Source: Podarcis gaigeae
Taxonomy: Eukaryota
Assembly (NCBI GenBank): GCA_964106915.2
Contig: OZ066923.1
Strand: one strand, 5' to 3'
DNA length: 64,000 nt
Translations under genes and position numbers: made by a program
Shown: positions 1 to 10,614 of the stretch, in pieces
Layout of the letters: each line of letters starts with the position of its first letter
Position numbering within the stretch: the first letter of the stretch is position 1
Notes under the pieces: generated by a model
What the model was told of the DNA's origin: nothing
The model's database searches: none
Seen by the model: the letters and a program-made list of their open reading frames with translations, nothing else

Positions 1-336
1 TACATTCTACACCCCTTCCTTCACTTGTCCTGCGTTCTATAATGTAATAGCAACAGGCATTACATGTGCCTATTCACGGGTGGTTGCAATTACACAGTGG
101 ATGACCCAATATTTACATGTAGATAATATGTTTGCCACCAGGAGGCAACAGCAGTTACCGAGGATATCCAGTTTACATCAAAAAGCCATCAAGGATATTG
201 CTGTGCTGCACACACTCACTAGAGTTCACTACAGTACATATTTCCACTCTCGTCTGACTTCATATGTGATGCCAACATTTTAAGAAGTGGGCTCTTCCAC
301 AAAGCAGCACCGACTTCCAGCCCATGGAGGAATTTA

Positions 337-531
<195 letters not shown>

Positions 532-789
532 CTAAGTCTTCCCAAACCTCCCTCTAGTACCTTTTTGGTTACACATTGTATTCATGTTAGATTTATATTC
601 TGACCGTACAGCTTACAAAACAATTACATGTGTGCCTGATCAGAAATATAAGAAACAGTAATTCCTGAAAAAGGCAAGATGGCTCAAAGGACATTATTAT
701 CATCCAGCTCATGCGCCCCAAAAGTCAAGGAAATTTGTTTTTTTAAAAAAATAATAATCTTACAACCTGTGACATTTCAGAAAATGTAG

Positions 790-841
790 CATATTCTGCT
801 ACCAAATACCGAAAGGCATCATTATTTGGTAGCAGAATATG
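790..841. repeat. Perfect 19-bp inverted repeat with 14-nt loop
   Basis: CATATTCTGCTACCAAATA (790-808) and TATTTGGTAGCAGAATATG (823-841). Confidence 0.9.
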
Positions 842-2096
842 TAATACAAAGAGACTGACTAACCGGTTTTTTATGAAAGAGGAGAGTGGATGTTACTATA
901 ATTGCATTTATTAATCTTTTTTCACAAGTGACCCGAAGCAGCTTACAAAATGATACATTTGGGTCCACTCATAAAAGGTCCAGGAGGAGCACTGATATGG
1001 TATATGCAATGACGTCTAACCTTTTAATCTTCCATGCTTCTAAAGAACAAAGTGGTAGTGCTAACACTTTGTGGCAATGCCAGCACTGAAGCAGGCAGAC
1101 TCCAGAGTCACCTACAATTAAGTTACCCCAAAACATTGAGTCCAATGCTGTATTGACAGATGCAGACAGTCATTAGGCCCTGTCTCCTGTGATGCCGCAT
1201 CTGCAGTCAGGTATGTCTTACAGGCAGGGACCTTGGTGCACTAAGGATTCTGACACTCAGGATACAGTACTATGTTACAGGAGCTGCAAGTTTACTATGA
1301 ACCATGCTGCTGTCTCTAATCAATGAGGGCTACTTACTTGCCTGTTTTCATGAGTTAAGAGCCTATGGGAGGATCACAGACTTTGCCCCACACAACACAA
1401 TGGGGAGAGTATCATGATTAAATATTAGCTGTGGAAAAAATGGGCCTGCAGATACTCTACTCTTTCAAAGTCAAGTATCTCATTTTAGGTTTCAGTACCC
1501 CTGCGGGGTTCGTCTATTTCTGGGTAAACATCCCAAGCTCCAAACTTCCAAGCTAAGGCAACCTATATATGTCATTCCAAAAACACTGTACTACTGTATG
1601 TTTGCTCCATCAGATGGACCAACTTCTCCAGCCAAAAAGTTACTTTTTATTCAATTTAAACAAATATGTTTTAAAGAGGTTTAAAGCTTTGAGCCTAAAA
1701 TCAGGCTTTCAAACCACCTGCCTTCCAGATGTGGGATCTTCACATGCTTAATACTGTATAGTATTTAATGCATTCAGCAGCTGAAACAGGGAAGGAGGAG
1801 CATTTTTTCATCACTCAGTTATGTTGAATGGTTTATTTAAAAATTAAGGTTCATTATTGTTCCACAAGATGTGTATCTCTTTAAAGGCCAGAGTAAATAT
1901 CATGACCTAGTTTTACAGCTGTGAAACAGTATAGCAGGTGCTGTTAAGTTGTGTTAATTAAGCTGTGTCAGCAATTGGGTGTAGTATATAAAGAGCAGTG
2001 TGAACCTCTCTCAGTACCCTGGTGAATGGGTCTATGGATGGGTCATACTTATAGAATGAATGTAAAAGGAGTTTTTGTCTTTGTAATTAAAGCCAA

Positions 2097-2102
<6 letters not shown>

Positions 2103-2150
<48 letters not shown>
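2103..2150. repeat. (AT)n microsatellite
   Basis: Direct inspection. Confidence 0.95.
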
Positions 2151-2155
<5 letters not shown>

Positions 2156-2354
2156 CCTGAATCTGTGGTCTCCCCAGCACACTTTCTGCAGTGCAATTAA
2201 TCTGCTAAATACACAACAAATTACACATCTAAAAACCTTTAGACTGGATGTTCATCCACAACACAAAGCAGTAGGAGCAGCTGTTTTAACCAAGCTTGAA
2301 AAAAAGGTGGAAAGAAAGCTGGGCAGCTTGAAATGTAGGCTGGCAAGCTACTTG

Positions 2355-2357
<3 letters not shown>

Positions 2358-2427
<70 letters not shown>
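2358..2427. repeat. Compound (GT)n(GA)n microsatellite
   Basis: Direct inspection. Confidence 0.95.
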
Positions 2428-2431
<4 letters not shown>

Positions 2432-2586
2432 CCTTTTGAAACCTCTCTTTGCAGAAAGAGGGTACTTGCCAAAATTAACCTGAATGCAGGGAAAGGCCAC
2501 TATCTAACATCCCCAGATAGGCACATGCAGATCACTAATTTAACAACTCAAAGTATCCAGGTGCTTGGGGATTTCACTGTTATTTA

Positions 2587-2811
<225 letters not shown>

Positions 2812-3546
2812 TTAGTGCATAACTTCAGGGTAAACATTCAAGGCAAGTAGCAAGGCTTATATGACAAGTCTGACAGCTCAAATATACAACTACTCGGTAT
2901 TAAGGATGCCTTATTAGGCCTCCTATATTAAACCCTAGGCTAAGTATTCTTGCATTCCAGCAATTGCTAGATCTTCAACATTAAGCAGAAGCTCAATGTT
3001 GTTTCCATCTGAAAAGGTTACGTGAATCTTTTTTCATCCCTTATCTAGAGGTCTAAGCACTGCCCTGCCGATAGTTATGCAACAGTAGTAAACAGGTAAG
3101 AACTATCCCGCATCCACAAAAATGGTTAGTTGGGTTAACTTCAGTTAAATGGTGTCTAACTTCAATAACCCATTTGGTACAACACTTACGGAAAGCAGCA
3201 GAACCAGCTTACTTACAAAAACAGTGACTCCCTGTTGCCTATATTCTCACCCGTAAATCATGTGAAGGGCAATTACTTGCTGCAAGTTCAGTAAATTCTT
3301 TTGCAGTATTCTAAGAGTGCTGTTAACACTCCTACCTTGATGTTTCTCATGTCCTTAATTAACTCAGTACAGCCTTCAGATAAGGAAATGTTGACATTGG
3401 TTGAGACTGACAAAGCTAGATCAGTCTTGGGGAACAAAGACTATACAAGAGGAAAGGGTTAAAAAAAGACAGAATGCCTGTGCAAAGCACTTCTAAAGAG
3501 ACTACTAGTAAACTAGGAGCCTATAATTTAAGCACCATGTACTCAC

Positions 3547-3645
3547 TCTTCAGGTGTTCCCCTGCCCCGGTCAGCAAGTAATAGAAGATGTGGAATGTTC
3601 GTTCTTCTTTGGCCTGACGTATTGCTCTAGATTTCTCCAACAGAT
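3547..3645 (-). CDS. MYH9: MYH9 exon 8 ([34 protein letters not shown])
   Basis: 99 nt, caaag| ... |gtgagt; LLEKSR and ERTFHIFY motifs. Confidence 0.96.
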
Positions 3646-4743
3646 CTTTGGTAAGTTAAGGGAGAACAAACAACTACCCACGTCTACATAAATTCTATGT
3701 ATACGGATTCTCAGGTAGCTTGGCATCTTTCTCAGACCCAAACTGGGCAAGTTGTTTTTGCAAAAAACCTCTAACATTCAGGAATTAAGCCTCTATACTT
3801 TGAATGCTCGACTTCTGTTCATATTATGCTCTCTTTCTATCACCATACTACTATTAAAGAAAAAGATACATACAGTGGTGCCTCGCAAGACGAAATTAAT
3901 CCGTTCCGTGAGGCTCTTCGTATAGCGGTTTTTTCATCTTGTGAAGCAAGCCCATTGACAGCTTAGCGGATTAGCGCTATTAGCGGTTTAGCGGCTTTTA
4001 GCGATCAGCTGTTAAGCGGCTTATCAGCGGATCAGCTGATAAGCGTCTTAGCGTCTTAGGAAAAGGGGGGGAAGGGGAAAAAACCCGCAGGAACTCACAA
4101 GACATTTTCGTCTTGCGAAGCAAGCCCATAGGGAAATTCGTTTTGCGAAGCGCCTCCAAAACGGAAAACCCTTTCGTCTAGCGGGTTTTCCGTCTTGCGA
4201 GGCGTTCGGCTTGCGGGGCACCACTGTAAAAGATTTTTCAAAAACAGAGTAACCCAGTCTGCATGAACTTTAAGTGTGCAGGAGTTTGGCAGAACTGAAT
4301 AAAGGGCTTTTGGGGGGAGGATGTAAAGAGTTGTTATTTCGGACTCAATGAGGTATGTTTACAAGGCAGCTCATGTATTACAGTGCTCTGGCAGATTGAG
4401 GCTTCTGCCCTAGCGTGGCTCTCAGCAGCTGAGCCCATAGTGCATTTGAGTTAACACAAATGTTCACAAATGGTGTATTATGTTGAACTGGATCACAAGT
4501 ACTTCAGGAAGAGATCTTATTTTAAATGTAGCTAGAAGATCACTTCTCATGCGCACTTCAGTCGAAGGTTGCCAAGCTCTTCTGAAAATATTACCGTCTT
4601 CATAAAAAGCAAGTTGCTTCTTCAAAGTACAACTTCAAAACACTATCCGCCCACACCTTTTCTTAAGCCAAGATGCCTGTGTGCTCTCCTCCTCCCCCCC
4701 ACTTTAGTTGTTATTTGGATTTCCCTATCTGTGGGAAGGATAC
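3646..4743 (-). other. MYH9: U12-type (minor spliceosome) GT-AG intron of MYH9
   Basis: 5' splice site GTATCCTT; branch site CCTTAAC at 3661-3655, 9 nt before the exon; no polypyrimidine tract (cccttaacttaccaaag|). Confidence 0.93.
3873..4226. mobile_element. Tc1/mariner-superfamily (pogo/Tigger-like) MITE
   Basis: TA|CAGTGGTGCCTCGCAAGACGAA ... TTCGGCTTGCGGGGCACCACTG|TA: terminal inverted repeats (TIRs), TA target duplication, internal TAGCGG-like repeats, no ORF. Confidence 0.88.
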
Positions 4744-4807
4744 AGGTCTCAATATTGGCTCCTACAATGTAGCCATTTACATCAAAGTTGATTCTGATGA
4801 ACTTTCC
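4744..4807 (-). CDS. MYH9: MYH9 exon 7 ([22 protein letters not shown])
   Basis: 64 nt, tttcag| ... |gtatcctt (U12-type donor). Confidence 0.96.
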
Positions 4808-5551
4808 CTGAAAGAAGAAAGAAAACAAGAACTCTTAGCCGACTACACATATTGTAAATGTGGGATATACAGCTGCTATTCTAGATTTCGATATAAAACT
4901 CAGGCTCATTCTACAGAACAGCCAAGGAACTTGATAATGGGATACTCTTACAAGCATTAAGTGATTCATAAATTAGATGGATCTCAGTAGAGGACCAGGA
5001 CCTAGGACATCTGACGCCTCAGATGCCACTTGTAGTGAAGGCAGGGAAAATATAATTTTAAATAGGCCACTTTGGCTTCTATTCATTTCCAGGTGCTATA
5101 TGGCACAGAGTATTCAATATCTAATACCACACCATTATAGCTTCAGTTTCCTTTTAAAATAAATGTTTCAAATCATTCTTAAAAAGGATATTGTACACAG
5201 TAAATAGATAAGTATATTTGATTTTTTGTTTATGACTACTTCATTATGTTTATGTAGTTATGCAATTTTTTTATATATGTTGTAAGCTGCCTTGAACTTG
5301 GTTTTAACTTTGGAATGGCAGCATACAAATAAAATGTTTGCTATTGCTAACTATATCAGAGGCAATCAAGGTTTAGGATGGCTCACGCATATAGTATTAA
5401 TACAAGTTTCTGGATAATCTGCTTGCCCCAAATACCCTTCAAATGCAGACAAGGTGAAGTTTGTATCCAGAACTACATCCAAGGCCAAACAGCTAAAACC
5501 ACATTCAACTATATCCTTCCCCTGCCCCCCAAACTTCAAATGCATAATTCA

Positions 5552-5671
<120 letters not shown>

Positions 5672-5902
5672 TCAGGAAATCAGACATGAAAATTACTTTC
5701 AACCCATTCATTTAGAAGGTGATATATTTTGTCAACTCCTGGCTCCAAACTCTTATTTCCATAAGTAGCACTGTGTAGATTGTTGGGAGATGTATGCCTT
5801 AAGGAATACACTTCCTTAAGGGTAAAGTAATCGCATCAAAAGAAAAATCTCTCCATCCAGTAAACTCAGAGAAACAAAACCTGCTGCCTTCAAGGTTTAT
5901 AT

Positions 5903-6155
5903 CATGGGTAGGCAAACTAAGGCTCGGGGAGCCGGATCCGGCCCAATCGCCTTCTAAATCCTGCCCGCAGATGGTCTGGGAATCAGCATGTTTTTACATG
6001 AGTAGAATGTGTGCTTTTATTTAAAATGCATCTCTGGGTTATTTGTGGGGCATAGGAATTCATTCTTGCTTTGTTTTTCAAAATATAGTCCGGCCCCCCA
6101 CAAGGTCTGAGGGACAGTGCACCGGCCCCCTGCTGAAAAAGTTTGCTGACCCCTG
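5903..6155. mobile_element. hAT (Charlie-like) MITE
   Basis: TIRs CATGGGTAGGCAAACT / AGTTTGCTGACCCCTG; perfect 8-bp target-site duplication (TSD) GTTTATAT at 5895-5902 and 6156-6163. Confidence 0.88.
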
Positions 6156-9100
6156 GTTTATATGAATACATAGCTGCTGAAAAACTGTTCCATTTTTGCT
6201 GACCTAAGATCACACTGCATCAACTTGTCCTCCTATTCCAGCTTTCTATGTTTCTAAACTTGCTTTCCACTGGACTTTAGTACCTCCCAGAGCTCAGATA
6301 CACAACTCTTCGGTTTCCATATAGCACCAAATCTGCTGCTGGTGCTACAACAGTTGCAGTGTAAACTTGACAGTTTTGCTCACTCAGCTGAATGCAGGGC
6401 TAAGAAAGGGGCCTTTACTCAACTGTTGCTTTGTGTTTCCTGTAAGTGATCCAACTTCACATACATTTAGAAGAGCTCTGAACTCTGCTGTCCGTTGTGC
6501 AGCTTGGTACCACAACAACAACAGCAGCAACAACATTTATTCATGGTGACAGTAGGCTGTTGGGCCATGGGAATAGATTCTGGCTAAGACAGCTGCTATC
6601 CATCACAGACCACCCCATCAGCTGTGCAGAAGGAAGCAAAGCCTCAGATGAGTGCCGAAAAGTTTCTTTTGCCAGCAATGTAGAATTTCCTCTATTGTCA
6701 CATATGTATGTGTGCTAGGAAGGCCTCTGCCCCCCCCCCCCCCGGCAATTCTCCCGTTTGATCCTGCAGTGGAGTCCTAATCCTTTGTTTGTTACTGCAA
6801 TCTGTTGCTATGGAAATGAGTGATGTCACAAACCGAAACACTACAACTTCAGCGCAGGGTCAAGATCTGAAGAAAAGCTATGTTTAGAGGAAGCAGAAGC
6901 AGCTTAAATATTCCAATGCAGGACTCCAGGGCTAAAAATGTAGCTATAAGGAGCAATGGTTGCTTTGAGTGTTTTTCTGCAGTCAACAGTAATTCATTGC
7001 ACCTTTTTCACTAGAAAAATGGGGGGGGGGGAGAGAGAATTAAGAAGAGACACAAATGGGTTGGAGCCAGCCACAGAAGGAAGGGGGAGGCTGTTTTAGA
7101 GACTCAAAGAAGCACAAGCTATTGTAGCTGCCCATATAAACTTAACCAGTGAAGAATTTAGAGAAGGAATTGGCTACCTAGATGACAGTAAGATTAGGGA
7201 AACCTAGAGCTTCCAAATGAATTTGAAACAAGACGTTGCAATGCATACTCATCCCAAAATAGGAGTGCTGTTTCTTTTTTCCCAACTATGACTTATGGGC
7301 ATGCTCAGTCCTCAATGGGTTGTTTGGGGGATTGTCCTCATAGGGCTGCAGGCGTTGCTTAAGACTTCTTCAAATATGAGACTCCCTCAATCCAATATCT
7401 TGTTTCTCAGCAGTCCCATTTTAGCTTAATTTCTGCCAGCACTCACCACCGACAATTCTTAGTAGAGGGAATGACTGCATATTGTGATCAAGTAATATAC
7501 AATATCCTTTTTTTTGAAATCTCTGATTCATGAGTTAGGGTCTGTTCAGATACCATTTCTCACCAAGAAGAGATCAGGAACATGACTTAAGATGTCATTG
7601 TAGAGTACCACAGAACCAAGGAAATCCCATACCCTATGCAATTTCTTCATTTGATCACACAACAGTGAGGGGCACATGAGCCCAAAGCCTGTTCCTGGAC
7701 ACAATCCCAGGAGTGAAATAATGTCCTAACAGGTCCTCAATATGGGTTGCTAATATTTATTTTTCTTCAGCTGCAGCCTAAACTTTTTCATTCTTTTTTG
7801 TGTGTCGCATAGCCAATTTAATAATGCATGTCACTACAGCCACATATTCTGTTCCATTTGGCCACAGTGTGGCCGTGAGCCTTTCATCATTTCAGAAAAA
7901 CTTGCATAAAGAGTATCTTCACAATTTTCCCACACAGCAGCTCCAAATACTTCCTCCAGGAAAGAATCCAGGAACAGTATCACCCTTGGGAGTCTTAAGA
8001 TATTTGATGTCTGGTCCGGAAAAGGCTTTAAAAGATTTCCACCCCTCTACTCATGACTAAAGCCAGCTGAAGCAGATCTCAGAAGGGATTCAGAATGAGA
8101 AGAGACAGTTTGAACTAATTGTCCCACCTTGGAACTAACCAGCCCCTCTGCTGAAACAGCAGATCATGCCAACCTCCTCCTCCAGCAATGCTGCTGCTGC
8201 TGAGAAACTTTAGAAAATACCAAATGCTGTGGACAGCTTTGCTTGAAAGCACTGGCGGTGCTAAGAATTTCAGCTGCCCAAGTTGTGGTTTTAAAACTCT
8301 GCAATCTAAAGCCTATTAATACATAAAGCCGGGTGCATGTCATATCCAGCCATCCTTTAACATAACTTTCCTGATCAACAGGCCTGTCTCCTGACCCTGG
8401 AAACTATCACAAATATTGATTCTAAGCATGTCTGGGGGGGGAATCAAAACTCTCCTAAATAAGCCATTAATAATTGTTAATTCCTACTCAAAAGCATGGG
8501 TGGAAAGATTGATTGTGATAGTTAGATTTAAACATCAACACACAACATAAAAAAGTTCTATGTCCGCTTCAGGCTTCTAAAAGCAATACAGTACTTTGAC
8601 TAATCTTTAAAAAACCCCCAGAAGGACTTCAAGTTAAAGCTGGGGGAAGGGCTCCAAAATTGTTACACTGGGGGCTGATTGATTGCCATCTTATATCCTA
8701 GGTTTTGACAGCACTGGGACAGAATATACATGCTTTCAGATCCCTAAATTCTAACACAGAAATGTTTTTTGTGCCTGTTCTAAGTATTCTCACTGACAGT
8801 CTATTGGAGCAGCTGTCATCTCTCAAAAGGTTTGGCATACAGAAGACTATATCTTGGTTTGCTTCCAAAAGCCACTCATTAGAATGTGCGCACACGCACA
8901 CACACCATGCAGAGATATTTTGAGAGCTAACCCTATGGACACACAGCATGCCAGTACATTAAAGAATCAAGACCCAAGATTTTATGTAGCAACAGGGAAT
9001 ACACTTGGCATCTGGGTTTCATTATAATGTTTACAAGATAACTAGCATTTCCTCATGTGTTTAACTCGGGTAAAGAGCTCTGAGCTGGAACATCCAGCCT

Positions 9101-10051
9101 GTGCCGGGGCAGTTTCTTCATGACCTTTCCCAGCATCCTGCACCACAGCAAGTACGCCGAATGGGTTGAGGAGAGTGGAGAAAGTCAGCTGCTCTGTCTA
9201 GCCCGAATACCATGGATACCAGATACCCTCTTTGGAACAGCACAGAGTATCTGTGTCACTGCGCAGAATGCCTCTTGGTGCACATGGGAAATTCTATTCA
9301 GACAGACCTAAAGTGAGAATTACTAATAGGTTTTGACTATACGTGAGAAAGTGTCATGAGGTAAACTGTAGTCTCCCATTCGGGACGTCACGGGAGGAAG
9401 AAAGCTGTGTGATTCAAACTGTGAACTGATAGTGGCAAAAGGTGACATTGGTGGGAGTGAAAAGCTGCTATAAGTCACACAGTAGAGCAACACACACATT
9501 CCTGGTGCAGATCGTGCAGTAAACGTGCAGCTCACCTATGAAGTCCCAACTGATGAGTTCGGACATAATCCATCAAGAGAAGGGAGGAAAAATAAATGAG
9601 ACAATATTTCATAGATACCCTCCTTAGCACAAAAGACACACGCTGTCAGAGTGTTTTTGGTTATTACCTATAATAGTAAAGAAGGCTCTAGTGATGGAAC
9701 ACTTTCTTCATTGCAAATGAAAGGGGGGCAGCCACAACTCCAGGAGAAGAGGTGGTCAAGTAGTTTTAAATTGACGCTACAATAAGGAGGCAGATGGTAC
9801 CTCCCTGCCAGCAGGTGAATGCCCTGCCACATACAGCGGCCATTTAGACACAATTCATCATCTATTGCCACTTCACTGAAGTCAGTGAACACAAGTCAGG
9901 AGCACAATATTAGCCAGTCTCACATAAAATTCGGGACCATTCACATTGCTACAAAGCATCAATCAGTACTAAATTATCTCCCATAAAGAGGTCAGCTTGT
10001 GTTTGCAATTGAAATAGCAGAGCAAATTCCTATTAGAATACAGAAACTTAC

Positions 10052-10145
10052 TTGATCCTTCTTGCTCTTGTGTGATGAAGCAACATGAGCCAGATACTGA
10101 ATGACCTTCTTGGTGTTTTCTGTCTTACCAGCTCCAGATTCACCT
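10052..10145 (-). CDS. MYH9: MYH9 exon 5, P-loop ([31 protein letters not shown])
   Basis: 94 nt, ttttgcag| ... |gtaagt; myosin Walker A motif GESGAGKT. Confidence 0.97.
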
Positions 10146-10586
10146 CTGCAAAAGACAAAGCATTATCAGGATATATTTGCAAACATTTACCTCTCTTTAA
10201 AAACTTTCTAAAATATTGTTTTCAGGAGCCTAGTCCACACATTTCCCTAAATGTCTTGCTAGCCTGTATATGGTGAACAAGGTTACCACAATACCTACCA
10301 GGTTGCTTTCTTAACTACCAGTTCTCCAAGCATTTACACTTGATATGCTTCCACTAGGGGGGCCTATAACATCTTCTCCTGGTCTTTATCTGCCCTTATC
10401 TTTTTCTAGTGAGACTTGGTAAACATGTGAAAAATTATGCACACACCTGCCTTTCAAAGTATTAGTTAGACCCAGAGAGATTAAAGTTTCACAGTAAAAC
10501 CACTCCTGTGAGTCAACTACATTTTAAAAAGCTGCTTAAACTGCCAAGAACTATATCAGCAATGGTGAAATTATGCAAATACTTAC

Positions 10587-10614
10587 GTGCAAAGAATGGC
10601 CTGATCCTCTCGAT
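10587..10614 (-). CDS. MYH9: MYH9 exon 4, 28-nt microexon (D-REDQAILC-T)
   Basis: tttcag|ATCGAGAGGATCAGGCCATTCTTTGCAC|gtaagt. Not in the ORF track; joins exons 3 and 5 in frame. Confidence 0.95.

Noticed and set aside
7447-7474. ag...gtgagt-bounded 28-nt segment in intron 5
   Set aside because: Frameshifting, poor acceptor context, no myosin similarity.
9343-9365. Alternative loop-1 microexon candidate ending ...TLSH|gt
   Set aside because: 23 nt (out of frame), weak donor gtatag, no pyrimidine tract.
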